A stretch of 64,000 nucleotides of DNA from an uncultured Candidatus Saccharibacteria bacterium (GCA_947085495.1 CAMTWJ010000002.1:38599-102598); one strand, 5' to 3'. Shown: positions 1 through 9,480, counted from the first letter of the stretch. The notes: generated from the letters alone by a model not told the origin. Program-made: numbers and translations.

Positions 1-1
1 G

Positions 2-121
2 AATGTTCGTTTGGCTGAAGCACCCAGCTTTGGCAAGCCAATATCGGAACATGACAAGTGGAGTAGAGGTGCACGGGCTTATAAAAACTTAGCAAAAGAA
101 GTAGCGAATAGACTGGGTTAG
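2..121 (+). CDS. parA: ParA/Soj-type partition ATPase, C-terminal fragment (gene begins upstream of the window)
   Basis: The frame is open from the window edge: [39 protein letters not shown]. This is a typical ParA tail and ends 14 nt upstream of parB. Confidence 0.7.
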   Translation, partial: NVRLAEAPSFGKPISEHDKWSRGARAYKNLAKEVANRLG

Positions 122-135
122 AGAGGGAAGACAAT

Positions 136-999
136 ATGGCAAATAAAACAGGACTAGGTAAAGGATTTGGTAGTTTACTCCCGAATAACTTCGATGAATC
201 TATACTTTTAGATAAAAAAGATCGAACACAAAAATTGTTCATTACAAATATTTCACCTAATTTGGAGCAGCCTAGAAAGCACTTTGACCCGGAAGCACTG
301 AAAGAACTTTCTATGTCGATAAAGCGGCATGGTATCTTGCAGCCCATTGTAGTAACGCCAGGAGAAAATGGTGCTTATATCATTATTGCCGGCGAAAGAC
401 GTTATAGAGCAGCTAAGTTAGCAGGACTCCAAGAAGTACCGGCACTTGTAAGAAGTAGCGAGGAACTTGATCGGCTGGAGATAGGTTTGGTTGAGAATGT
501 TCAACGAGTTGATTTATCTCCTCTAGAACAAGCAATCTCTATTGCGAAGCTAAACGAGCAGTTTAATATCCCGCTAGAAGACATAGCAAAGCGCCTAGGC
601 AAAGCCCATACAACAGTAGTAAATAGTGTGCGATTGCTGCAATTGCCAGATGCTGCCAAGCAAGCTTTAACAGAAGGTAAGATTAGTGAGGGGCATGCTA
701 GGTCAATTTTGGCGCTGAAGGACTCGCCAGAAAAGCAGCAGCTACTTCTGGATCTTATTATTAAGAACAAATGGTCAGTTCGGCACGCTGAGCAGTATGT
801 TCAAGAATCTAAGGGCAAAACACCTAAGGCGACAGTGAAGAAGGCTGCGTCCAAAGAAGACGAGCGAGCATCTGCCGAACTGAAAAAGAAATTTAGTACA
901 AAAGTATTAATTCAAAGAGGTAAAAAGGGTGGCAGGCTACAGATTTTCTTTGATTCTGACGAGCAGCTAAATCAGATTATCTCAAAGATAAGAGATTAG
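136..999 (+). CDS. parB: ParB/Spo0J chromosome partitioning protein
   Basis: 287 aa. ParB-box motifs LEQPRKHFDPEALKELSMSIKRHGILQPIVV and GERRYRAAKLAG. Follows parA. Confidence 0.95.
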   Translation: MANKTGLGKGFGSLLPNNFDESILLDKKDRTQKLFITNISPNLEQPRKHFDPEALKELSMSIKRHGILQPIVVTPGENGAYIIIAGERRYRAAKLAGLQEVPALVRSSEELDRLEIGLVENVQRVDLSPLEQAISIAKLNEQFNIPLEDIAKRLGKAHTTVVNSVRLLQLPDAAKQALTEGKISEGHARSILALKDSPEKQQLLLDLIIKNKWSVRHAEQYVQESKGKTPKATVKKAASKEDERASAELKKKFSTKVLIQRGKKGGRLQIFFDSDEQLNQIISKIRD

Positions 1000-1634
1000 A
1001 ATCTAGTTATTTCGTTGAAGGGGTAAATGCGCACTGATAACTTGCCGACGATGTCGCTCAGTTCAATTGGTCCGAAAGCACGAGAATCTAAAGAGTTAGG
1101 ACGATTATCTCCCATAACGAAGACTTCTCCCTCGTTAACAGTTTGGTCTATTTCTGAGCTTGCGGTAGTTTCGCCAATTACGGCTGCTTCTGGGCCTTTT
1201 TGGTCAACCAAAAATCCGTTGGGATTTTCTGGGTTATAAACTCTCACTACTCCATCTTTTACTACAACCCTATCGCCGGGTAAGCCGATTACTCTCTTGA
1301 TTAGCTGCTTGTCTGTTACGCCATCAAGTCCATAGTTCTCGGTATGATTAAAGATAATTACATCGTATCTCTTTGGCTGGTAGTCATGACCGGTAATTCG
1401 TGCCCAGGTGCGAGACGTTTTATTAACGAGCAGCCGGTCTTTATTAAACAAAGTTTTTTCCATGCTGGGACCGTCGACTTCATATGATTGGAAGACAAAC
1501 GCAGTAAGAAAAAGAGCCACAAGAGGGGCGATAATAATAATCGCAAGCGTTGAGAGAATTTCTCGCTTCTGGCTCGACTTAGAGCCAGGCTCAGGAGACC
1601 CATAAACGGGCCCAGGATTATTTTGATCTTGCAT
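996..1634 (-). CDS. lepB: signal peptidase I
   Basis: N-terminal TM segment. Motifs GPSMEKTL, LIKRVIGLPGDRV and GDNRPNSLDSR. Confidence 0.9.
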   Translation of the reverse strand: MQDQNNPGPVYGSPEPGSKSSQKREILSTLAIIIIAPLVALFLTAFVFQSYEVDGPSMEKTLFNKDRLLVNKTSRTWARITGHDYQPKRYDVIIFNHTENYGLDGVTDKQLIKRVIGLPGDRVVVKDGVVRVYNPENPNGFLVDQKGPEAAVIGETTASSEIDQTVNEGEVFVMGDNRPNSLDSRAFGPIELSDIVGKLSVRIYPFNEITRF

Positions 1635-1690
1635 TGCTAACAGATTAACATACTTTAGCGGGATGAGTCAGCTGCCAAGCAATAAGCGAT

Positions 1691-1719
1691 TTAGCAAAAC
1701 AAAGAAAAACAGCTATAAT
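1691..1719 (+). promoter_or_regulatory. sigma70-type promoter TTAGCA-17-TATAAT upstream of the LCP gene
   Basis: TTAGCA at 1691-1696, a 17-nt spacer, TATAAT at 1714-1719. It lies in the divergent lepB/LCP intergenic region. Confidence 0.55.
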
Positions 1720-1859
1720 GATGGTCTGTTAGGGTACTCTTATCCAAGATGACAGAACTCAGAAGAAGAGACCAACTAACGGAGTTAACCAAGAATAAGG
1801 ATAGATATAATCATAAAGCGCTAGCAAGAAGTCAGCGTAAATAATATAATTGCATACTT

Positions 1860-3518
1860 ATGAATAGCGATCACCCCAATCAGCCGCATAAACGCCGCAA
1901 GCTTTCTATTGATGGTGTAAGCCCTTCTGGTGGTGTGAGTGGTAATCGACAGATAGATTTTAAGCGACCAAAGTCGTATCGACCACAAGGCTCGCTAGAT
2001 AACTTTAAGCGCCCAGAAGGTCTGCAGGGAGGCGGTCAAGGGGCTTCCTTGACACCAGCAACACGCAAGAAGAAGTCCTTTGAGCCCCCAAAAGAGGCAA
2101 AGCAAAAACGTGGCTGGAGATTCTGGCGCCGTAACAAAAAAGATAAGTTGCCGTTTCGGGAGAGATGGAGAAACTATAGCAAAAAGCAAAAAGCCCTTCG
2201 TATTATTGGTACGATTCTTATAATATTAATGCTTGTATTTGGTTTTTTGTTTGCCCAGGGCTATTTGAACTTACGCAAAGTGCTTGGAGGTGAAGGTGGT
2301 GCTGCAGCGCTCCAAAAGGACGTAGACCCTTCAAAACTAAAGGGTGAAGGCGATGGACGAATTAACATCTTAATTATGGGCCGTGGTGGTGATGGTCATG
2401 AAGGTGCTGATCTGACAGACACAATAATTCTTGCAAGCATTAACCCAATCGATAAAGATGCGGCACTTGTGAGCATACCAAGAGATCTCTATGTTTCGGT
2501 ACCAAGACAAGGTTCTATGAAAATTAATGCCGTATATTCTACAGGCAAAGCGAGCGTACTAAATAAATACTCTAAGCCGACAGCTGAGCAGAAAAAACAA
2601 GCGGAGCAAGCTGGCTTTGATCTGGCAGAAAGCACAGTAGAGTCAGTTTTGGGTGTGCCAGTGCATTACTATGCCATGGTTGACTTCACAGGCTTCAAGC
2701 AAGCAATTGATACTGTAGGTGGTGTTGATATCAATGCCCCACAAGCAGTAAGAGAGCAAATGAGAATTGATGGCAAGACCTATATTCTAGATGTAAAGCC
2801 AGGCTGGCAAAACATGGATGGGCATAAGGCGTTAGCGTACTCTCGCTCACGGCACACGAGTGCACGAGGAGACTTTGATCGATCTGAAAGGCAGAGACTG
2901 ATGATAGTGGCTCTGAAAGAAAAAGTATTTAGTCTGGGCACATTCTCGAACCCTGCCAAGATATCGCAGCTTATTGATAACTTTGGTAATCATGTGCAAA
3001 CCGACTTTAGTTTGCAAGATCTAACTCGTCTGTATGATCTGAGTAAAGAGATACCAGGTAACAAGATTCAATCTATCGGCTTGATTGATCCACCTCACGA
3101 TTACTTAACGACCAGTAACATTGGCGGCTTGTCTGTGGTTGTGCCTAAGGCAGGGCAGAACAACTATAAAGATATCCAGTCCTACATCAGGAACACCTTA
3201 AAAGATAGCTTTATAAAAAATGAGAATGCGAGCATTCTGGTTCTTAACGGCACGCAGATACCAGGACTAGCTACTACTAAGTCTGACGAGTTGAAGTCGT
3301 ATGGCTATAATGTGATAAATGCCACAAATGCTCCAACTAAAAACTACACCAAGACAGTTATTGTGGACATGCGTGGAGGAAATAAGAAATATACCAACCG
3401 TTATCTAGAACAGCGCTTCAAAACCACAGCCACCGGATCATTGCCCGACGCTAGTATAAACTCCCAAAATGCAGACTTTGTTATAATACTGGGTAGCGAT
3501 CAGGGAGCGACCAACTAA
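1860..3518 (+). CDS. LytR-CpsA-Psr (LCP) family cell-envelope phosphotransferase
   Basis: Basic N-terminal tail, one TM segment, then INILIMGRGGDGHEGADLTDTIILASINP, VSIPRDLYV, KINAVY and HYYAMVDFTGFKQAIDTVGGVDI. Confidence 0.9.
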   Translation: MNSDHPNQPHKRRKLSIDGVSPSGGVSGNRQIDFKRPKSYRPQGSLDNFKRPEGLQGGGQGASLTPATRKKKSFEPPKEAKQKRGWRFWRRNKKDKLPFRERWRNYSKKQKALRIIGTILIILMLVFGFLFAQGYLNLRKVLGGEGGAAALQKDVDPSKLKGEGDGRINILIMGRGGDGHEGADLTDTIILASINPIDKDAALVSIPRDLYVSVPRQGSMKINAVYSTGKASVLNKYSKPTAEQKKQAEQAGFDLAESTVESVLGVPVHYYAMVDFTGFKQAIDTVGGVDINAPQAVREQMRIDGKTYILDVKPGWQNMDGHKALAYSRSRHTSARGDFDRSERQRLMIVALKEKVFSLGTFSNPAKISQLIDNFGNHVQTDFSLQDLTRLYDLSKEIPGNKIQSIGLIDPPHDYLTTSNIGGLSVVVPKAGQNNYKDIQSYIRNTLKDSFIKNENASILVLNGTQIPGLATTKSDELKSYGYNVINATNAPTKNYTKTVIVDMRGGNKKYTNRYLEQRFKTTATGSLPDASINSQNADFVIILGSDQGATN

Positions 3519-3552
3519 AGTAAACGAAGGCTCCCCAGCTTACATACATATA

Positions 3553-4305
3553 ATGGCAACATTTTTAACTTCTAAAATACGTCCAACAAAAGGATTCGCA
3601 CATTTTCTGCATATTGCTTTTGTAGTGCTTCTGCCGATTGTCTTATTGGTGCTAGTTCGCCTTAATCTAGATATTTTGGCGCTACTACTAATCTTGCTGA
3701 GTAAGTGGCGTATGTTTGCAGTAAAGGCGCATCACTGGGTTGCGCATATTCGTACCAATGCTGTTGATATCATTGTGGGCTTGAGTGTATTAGCCTTCAT
3801 GAGCAATACAGGTTCATTGCCATGGCAGCTACTGTGGGTAGTTTTGTATGAACTTTGGCTGCTGGTTCTCAAGCCTGGCTCAAATGTATTAATGGTGTCT
3901 TTGCAGGCAGTCGTTGCGCAAACCTTAGGCTTTATATCGATATTCTTGGTATTTGAAGATATTCACTTATCTTTGGTGGTTTTAGCCTACGGGTTTATCG
4001 CCTACTTCTGTGCCCGACATTTTTTGTCTAGCTTTGATGAACCACATGCGCAGATACTTGCCTCTCAGTGGGGTTTCTTTGCAGCAGCATTAATGTGGGT
4101 TCTTGGGCACTGGCTACTGTTTATTGGCCCAATTGCACAGCCTGCGCTTATCTTGTCGGTGCTTGGTTATGGACTTGGTGGCCTTTACTATCTTGAAGAG
4201 ACAGACAAGCTCTCACGTTTAGTTAGAAGGCAAATTTTACTTGTAATGATAACGGTAATTTTGGTAGTGTTGGTTTTTGCAAACTGGGGCGACAAAACCG
4301 TTTAA
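3553..4305 (+). CDS. polytopic membrane protein, function unknown
   Basis: 250 aa with multiple hydrophobic segments. No motif recognised. Confidence 0.55.
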   Translation: MATFLTSKIRPTKGFAHFLHIAFVVLLPIVLLVLVRLNLDILALLLILLSKWRMFAVKAHHWVAHIRTNAVDIIVGLSVLAFMSNTGSLPWQLLWVVLYELWLLVLKPGSNVLMVSLQAVVAQTLGFISIFLVFEDIHLSLVVLAYGFIAYFCARHFLSSFDEPHAQILASQWGFFAAALMWVLGHWLLFIGPIAQPALILSVLGYGLGGLYYLEETDKLSRLVRRQILLVMITVILVVLVFANWGDKTV

Positions 4306-4338
4306 TTCTCAGGTGTCTATAAGTCAGCTCGTAGTATA

Positions 4339-5526
4339 ATGGTTATGACTATGGGTGACCACAACAAGAGTACTGAAGCATTGCCAAAACAAGCTAACCG
4401 AGCTAAGTTAGCAGCCTTGTCACTTCTTATTATTAGCAGTGTGAGCGCTGGGTTTATTGGTGGTTATTTCGGCGCTAATTTTAATAAAGACAATCACTCA
4501 AGTGCCAGCAAAGGCCAAGCGGTTGTATCAAGCGAGAGCGAGCTTATAACTAAAATTGCCAAAGATGTTGGACCAAGTGTAGTGTCGATTAGTGTTACGA
4601 CCAGGACTACACAAGCAAGTTTTTTTGGGACTCGGCCGGTCACACAAGAGAGTGCCGGAACAGGAGTGATAATTGACTCCACTGGAGTAGTTGTTACGAA
4701 TCGACATGTAGTACCCAAAGGCACTACCAGTGTAACAGTGACGTTATCAGACGGGACAGAACTTAAAGACGTAGAAGTACTCGGGCGGACGAGTGACAGC
4801 GATACGTTGGATGTGGCATTTTTGAAAATCAAAGATAAAAAAGGTAAAGAGCTGAAGGCAGCAAAATTGGGTGATTCTTCAAAAGTCCAAGTTGGTGAAA
4901 AAGTAGTGGCCATTGGCAATGCACTAGGAGAATTTCAAAATACGGTAACCTCCGGCATTATCTCGGGCTATGGCCGAAACGTTGAAGCGGGAGACGAGGA
5001 GTCTAGCGAATCATTGCAAAACCTATTCCAGACAGATGCTGCAATTAACCAAGGCAACTCAGGCGGTCCGCTGGTTAACAGTAGCGGGGAAGTGATTGCT
5101 ATTAACACGGCTATTGCAGGGGGTACCGCTCAAAGTATTGGTTTTGCGATCCCGATCAGTGATCTCCAAGGCCTTATAAAGAGCGTATTAAAAGACGGCA
5201 AACTACAACGGCCATACTTGGGAGTTCGATACGTAACACTGACAGATGCCTATGCGGAAGAACGCAAGCTTGATACCAAGCAAGGTGCATACATAACGCC
5301 ATCACAAAGCGAACCCTCAATAGTTTCTGGTAGCCCGGCAGAAAAAGCTGGCTTGCAGGAAAAAGACATTATTACCAAAGTTGGTGACACAGAAATTAAC
5401 AAAGACAATACGCTAACTTCAGTGATTGGGCGTTATTCAGTCGGCGACAAAGTAAAGCTAACCGTAGTGAGAGATGGCAAAACAATTACTGTTGAAGCCA
5501 CTCTCGAAGCTGCTCAAACAGATTAG
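4339..5526 (+). CDS. htrA: HtrA/DegP-family serine protease with C-terminal PDZ domain
   Basis: GTGVIIDSTGVVVTNRHVV (His region) and TDAAINQGNSGGPLVN (Ser region). PDZ-like GSPAEKAGLQEKDIITKVGD. N-terminal TM anchor. The start could also be ATG 4345 or 4351. Confidence 0.9.
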   Translation: MVMTMGDHNKSTEALPKQANRAKLAALSLLIISSVSAGFIGGYFGANFNKDNHSSASKGQAVVSSESELITKIAKDVGPSVVSISVTTRTTQASFFGTRPVTQESAGTGVIIDSTGVVVTNRHVVPKGTTSVTVTLSDGTELKDVEVLGRTSDSDTLDVAFLKIKDKKGKELKAAKLGDSSKVQVGEKVVAIGNALGEFQNTVTSGIISGYGRNVEAGDEESSESLQNLFQTDAAINQGNSGGPLVNSSGEVIAINTAIAGGTAQSIGFAIPISDLQGLIKSVLKDGKLQRPYLGVRYVTLTDAYAEERKLDTKQGAYITPSQSEPSIVSGSPAEKAGLQEKDIITKVGDTEINKDNTLTSVIGRYSVGDKVKLTVVRDGKTITVEATLEAAQTD

Positions 5527-6329
5527 ACCTGTTCGAATACGGATATTAATAATTTAGTTTCCCGAACTTTATAGTTTGCTAATTTAGCCAACGTTTTTAA
5601 TTCTTCTTGCTGCGTTTCCAGGGATTCAGCCAAAATATAGGTAGGTTTATTTTGCAGCTTCTCAATTTGTATCCAGAATTCTTTATAATGATCCAGCCCA
5701 TCAACACCCGAGAAAAGCGCTAGCTTTGGCTCTTTGATAATCTCGGGGCTCGTTATGAGTTCGTCTGGGACGTAGGGCAGATTTGCAATAATGGTGTAGT
5801 CTTTTAGCTCGGTATCCTTTATGGGTTCCAGCAGTGATCCCTGTAAAAATTCTATTGAAGCATTGTGGGTATTAGCATTCTGCTTGGCTAACGCCAGGGC
5901 AGACGTATCGATATCTGTAGCAATAACTTGTGATTCTGGTAGCTCCAGCTTCGCAGTGATCGCTAAGGAGCCGCTACCCGTGCCAATATCTACAATTGTT
6001 TTAGGTTCTAGCTCGTTTAAGATGTTTATAAAGTCTTCCGACTCAGGACGTGGGATTAAAACGTCGTGGCTAACTGCAAAAAATCTGCCATAAAACCAAG
6101 CCTTTTCTCGGATATATGCCAACGGTTCTCGCTGTAAGCGTCGATCTATTAGCTTATTTACCGTTTCAATCTCATCGTTTCCTAGGTCGTACTCAGGATG
6201 TGCTAATACCCATGCTCGATCTTTGTTTAGAGTATCCTCGAGCAATACAAGTGCATCACGCCGTGGCGAATCTACCCCGGCTTCACCCAGCTTTTTCATT
6301 GTTCCTACTAGCCAACTAGCAATTTGCAT
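5523..6329 (-). CDS. prmC: release-factor glutamine N5-methyltransferase
   Basis: SAM motif IVDIGTGSGSLAI and NPPY-type motif ANLPYVP. Same strand as prfA and downstream of it. Confidence 0.9.
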   Translation of the reverse strand: MQIASWLVGTMKKLGEAGVDSPRRDALVLLEDTLNKDRAWVLAHPEYDLGNDEIETVNKLIDRRLQREPLAYIREKAWFYGRFFAVSHDVLIPRPESEDFINILNELEPKTIVDIGTGSGSLAITAKLELPESQVIATDIDTSALALAKQNANTHNASIEFLQGSLLEPIKDTELKDYTIIANLPYVPDELITSPEIIKEPKLALFSGVDGLDHYKEFWIQIEKLQNKPTYILAESLETQQEELKTLAKLANYKVRETKLLISVFEQV

Positions 6330-6391
6330 ATAATAGTTATACCGAAAACATTAATATATTGATACACTTAAGTTTACGGAGAGGAAATACT

Positions 6392-6898
6392 ATGTTGATA
6401 CGAACTATCGAGAGTAGCAGGATATCCCACATTGATGGAGTGATGAATGAAACTCTTGAAGAGGTGCACCGACTTCTAATGCCAGATGACGCAGAGGGAG
6501 TAATTGACGCATGGAGAGAAGCTATGTCTAGTGCCGACAGAGAAAAAGTAATAAATGAAGCGATCAATATATTTTCTGAGCATCCCAAGTATGGCGTGTA
6601 TGGTGCAATTGGCCAGGTGGCAATTAATCGTTTGACGAGCATGACTCTTGATAGAGAACTGGAGCTTGAAAAGGAGTTAGCTGAGCAGTTTGGTAAATTT
6701 GATCTTGACGGTCACTGGGTCGCAGTTCGTAAACATCATCTGGTTGCTGCAGATATATCAATGGATGTATTAAGAGATCCGCAAAAAATGCCACAGCATG
6801 TTTTTATGCCAGGGGATAACCCATCTAAAAATCCAGTCAATCCATCAGAAGATCCTGTGTTTAGGGTTTTGCCCAGAGATACGACATTATTTTTGTAA
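6392..6898 (+). CDS. hypothetical acidic protein (ORFan)
   Basis: In-frame ATG at 6392 preceded by GAGAGGAAA. The ORF-track start at 6359 has no SD. No motif recognised. Confidence 0.55.
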   Translation: MLIRTIESSRISHIDGVMNETLEEVHRLLMPDDAEGVIDAWREAMSSADREKVINEAINIFSEHPKYGVYGAIGQVAINRLTSMTLDRELELEKELAEQFGKFDLDGHWVAVRKHHLVAADISMDVLRDPQKMPQHVFMPGDNPSKNPVNPSEDPVFRVLPRDTTLFL

Positions 6899-6991
6899 GT
6901 AAAAATCTTAATTTTGCGAGTTAGAAATATTACAGGTGTATTGGCATAATTACAGCTATTCTTTAGATATAAATTAACAAGGAGTTCTAAT

Positions 6992-7387
6992 ATGACAGCC
7001 ACATTAGAAACAGATCCAACTGTTAAAAGAATGCTCACTGGGGAGTCGCCACCGATGCCTCCAGACATAATTGTAGAAGATGGTGATCATCTTCCAGATC
7101 CAGGCGTCGTTAGGGTCACTATGAATGTAAGAGAAGATACCTGGGATGCAATTCGAGACATTACTCAGGTTATAGAGCAGAATACTCAGCAACCACGCAC
7201 GGTTGGGCAGGTTGTGAACCGTCTTTTAAAAGAGGCAGTAGAAATACGGGAGATGCTTACAGAGCAGAAGCTTACAGACTCAGGTGCAAAATTAATTATC
7301 GAAAGCACCAGAGGGCGTACAATTATTAGTAACTCCTTTTTTGAGCTTGGCCTCGCTGAAACAAAATCTCCTGAAAAAGAAGGGTAG
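6992..7387 (+). CDS. hypothetical protein with possible ribbon-helix-helix segment
   Basis: AAGGAG SD. VRVTMNVREDTWDAIRDITQVIE..PRTVGQVVNRLLKEAVE has a beta-alpha-alpha layout like CopG/Arc-type RHH domains (inference by eye). Confidence 0.55.
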   Translation: MTATLETDPTVKRMLTGESPPMPPDIIVEDGDHLPDPGVVRVTMNVREDTWDAIRDITQVIEQNTQQPRTVGQVVNRLLKEAVEIREMLTEQKLTDSGAKLIIESTRGRTIISNSFFELGLAETKSPEKEG

Positions 7388-7395
7388 AATTTAGC

Positions 7396-8448
7396 TTATT
7401 CGGCTTTGATAAGTTGGCGCTCGGCCGTCTGAAGTTGCTCGATTAAATCGTCTATATCACCAGCGAGTGCGGCAGGGATGTTGCTGCGAGAAAATCCAAT
7501 CCGGTGGTCGGTTATGCGATCTTGGGGGAAGTTGTATGTGCGGATCTTTTCGCTTCTATCGCCTGAGCCAATAAGTTTTTTTCGTGCGTCAGATAATTCT
7601 TTTTGCTCGGCTTCAATTTTTGCCTGTAACAAGCGAGAACGAAGCACTCCCATAGCTTTTTCTTTATTTTTTATCTGGGATTTTTCGTCTTGGCAGGTAA
7701 CAACTGTGTTGGTAGGAAGGTGAGTAATGCGGACTGCAGAGTCCGTGGTGTTTACGCTCTGGCCACCATGGCCACCAGATCGAAATACATCAATCCGTAG
7801 GTCTTGTGGGCTAATCTCAAAGTCCATTTCTTCGGCTTCAGGCATCACAGCTACGGTAACAGTACTAGTATGCACACGTCCTTGTGATTCTGTAGCAGGT
7901 ACACGTTGGACTCGGTGGACCCCGGCCTCGAACTTGAGAGCTTTGTATACTTCATCGCCCCGAATAGCAAAACTGATTTCTTTATAACCACCAACATCGT
8001 TTGGGCTGTCGTCGATGTGCTCGGCCTTGAGATTGTGGTTTTCTGCCCACCGCACGTACATCCTGTACAACTCTGCTGCGAACAGGCTGGACTCGTCACC
8101 ACCAGCTGCAGCCCGAATTTCGACGATTACGTCTTTGTCATCGTTTGGATCTTTGGGAGTTAGTGCTTCGTCTAAAGATTCTTGAACAACTTTTTTCTTA
8201 GTCTCTAGCTCTCCGAGCTCAGTTTTTGCAAGTTCTGCCAACTCACCGCTACCCGAAGTTAACTCGTTAGCTTGAGCCAAGCCATCTTCGATCTTTTTTA
8301 GCTCATCAATTAGGGTAAGGATGTCCTCGAGCTCTTTCGAGCGCTTAGCAAGTTTTGGATATTTTGGGTCACTAAAAACAGACGGATCCTGCAATTTCTT
8401 TTGCAGCTCCTCGAGCTCTTTTCGTAATGCTTTTTCCTTTTCTTCCAT
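7396..8448 (-). CDS. prfA: peptide chain release factor 1
   Basis: RF1-type PAT tripeptide ([13 protein letters not shown]) and the GGQ motif ([22 protein letters not shown]). Start set at ATG 8448 (MEEKEKAL) because a consensus promoter lies inside the longer ORF-track N-terminus. Confidence 0.95.
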   Translation of the reverse strand: MEEKEKALRKELEELQKKLQDPSVFSDPKYPKLAKRSKELEDILTLIDELKKIEDGLAQANELTSGSGELAELAKTELGELETKKKVVQESLDEALTPKDPNDDKDVIVEIRAAAGGDESSLFAAELYRMYVRWAENHNLKAEHIDDSPNDVGGYKEISFAIRGDEVYKALKFEAGVHRVQRVPATESQGRVHTSTVTVAVMPEAEEMDFEISPQDLRIDVFRSGGHGGQSVNTTDSAVRITHLPTNTVVTCQDEKSQIKNKEKAMGVLRSRLLQAKIEAEQKELSDARKKLIGSGDRSEKIRTYNFPQDRITDHRIGFSRSNIPAALAGDIDDLIEQLQTAERQLIKAE

Positions 8449-8458
8449 CTGCTTAAGA

Positions 8459-8487
8459 ATTATATCACCTCTGTTGAATATTGACAA
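8459..8487 (-). promoter_or_regulatory. promoter TTGTCA-17-TATAAT with TGa extended -10, for prfA
   Basis: On the minus strand the -35 is 8487-8482 and the -10 is 8464-8459. The predicted +1 is about 8452, 4 nt before ATG 8448. Confidence 0.65.
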
Positions 8488-8509
8488 AAAGCCCATTTTT
8501 TGCTATACT
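8481..8509 (+). promoter_or_regulatory. promoter TTGACA-17-TATACT for ORF 8516
   Basis: TTGACA at 8481-8486, a 17-nt spacer, TATACT at 8504-8509. The predicted +1 falls on the A of ATG 8516. Confidence 0.65.
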
Positions 8510-8515
8510 TATACT

Positions 8516-9007
8516 ATGTCTGAATCACTAAATAATCCTGGTCATCGCATTAATAACTCGGTGCAAGCCGAATATATGGCGCACGCCATGGACCCCCATA
8601 TGACTTATTTGACCCATCTAAATAAGCAAAAAGATGAATTAGAAGGATATGTTTCTGTCACTGGATTTCCATACTACAAGGATAAGCTAGAAAAGGTTAC
8701 AAATGCTGTTCACTCAACTAATTTACTTGCTGAAATAGCTGAACTGGAAGGAATAATGGAATACGAAACGCAAGAGTCTAATAAGCAGCTGCGTCGTCCG
8801 CTTCCACCTCAAGGGCCTGTTGACGATGGGCCAGATTATCATCTTGCAAGTGGACTTTATATAGATCCTGAGACTGGTGAAACAGCCGGTACGGCTGTTG
8901 CCACCTTTGAACACAGGTCAGGTCAACAGGTTACTCCGTGGAGATCCTCACACAAAGCGGCGACACAATCTGCCCCAAAACCAAAACAACAAGGCGCTGG
9001 TCACTAA
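8516..9007 (+). CDS. hypothetical protein (ORFan), probably leaderless
   Basis: In-frame ATG at 8516 (MSESLNNPGHR..). The upstream part of ORF 8321..9007 overlaps prfA and the promoter. No motif recognised. Confidence 0.55.
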   Translation: MSESLNNPGHRINNSVQAEYMAHAMDPHMTYLTHLNKQKDELEGYVSVTGFPYYKDKLEKVTNAVHSTNLLAEIAELEGIMEYETQESNKQLRRPLPPQGPVDDGPDYHLASGLYIDPETGETAGTAVATFEHRSGQQVTPWRSSHKAATQSAPKPKQQGAGH

Positions 9008-9069
9008 TCTAAGCATCTACAAGAAAACTTCTGGATACGGTACGTTCCAGGGAGGGGGTGGAATAATGA

Positions 9070-9393
9070 CTATTTGCCGAGTTTTTGAGCTTCGGTTTGT
9101 TCTTTTTTAGGCTTAGCAGACTTTTTGGCTGCAGCTTCTCGAGCTTTTTTGGCAGCTTCGGCACGAGCCTTAAATTTGTCTACACGACCTTCAATATCAA
9201 GCAACTTCTCCTGTCCTGTAAAGAACGGGTGAGAAGCACTGCTGATGTGCACTTTTACAAGTGGGTATTCAACGCCATCAACTTTGATAGTGTCATCTGT
9301 TTTAGCTGTAGATTTTGTCAAGAATGTTTCGCCATTTGAGAGGTCCTGAAACACAACTGGACGATAATCTTTTGGATGAATATCTTTCCTCAT
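9070..9393 (-). CDS. rpmE: 50S ribosomal protein L31, type B (no CxxC), with a long Lys/Ala-rich C-terminal tail
   Basis: MRKDIHPKDYRPVVFQDLSNGETFLTKST..SSASHPFFTGQEK..DIEGRVDKFKAR. The tail is AEAAKKAREAAAKKSAKPKKEQ. Confidence 0.9.
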   Translation of the reverse strand: MRKDIHPKDYRPVVFQDLSNGETFLTKSTAKTDDTIKVDGVEYPLVKVHISSASHPFFTGQEKLLDIEGRVDKFKARAEAAKKAREAAAKKSAKPKKEQTEAQKLGK

Positions 9394-9480
9394 AGAACAT
9401 AGATTATACCCTACTTGATAAGAAGTTACAACAGTAGTACAGTAGGTAGGTACCTAAACAAAATAAAGATAATCAAATAA

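Noticed and set aside
1749-1844. A 31-codon basic small ORF (MTELRRRDQLTELTKNKDRYNHKALARSQRK) in the LCP gene leader.
   Set aside because: It has no SD and no supporting feature such as coupling or codon bias. It is too weak to call.
8321-8515. The upstream part of ORF 8321..9007.
   Set aside because: It lies antisense over the prfA 5' end and across two consensus promoters, and its sequence is Ser/Phe-rich and low-complexity. The in-frame ATG at 8516 sits exactly at the predicted transcription start.
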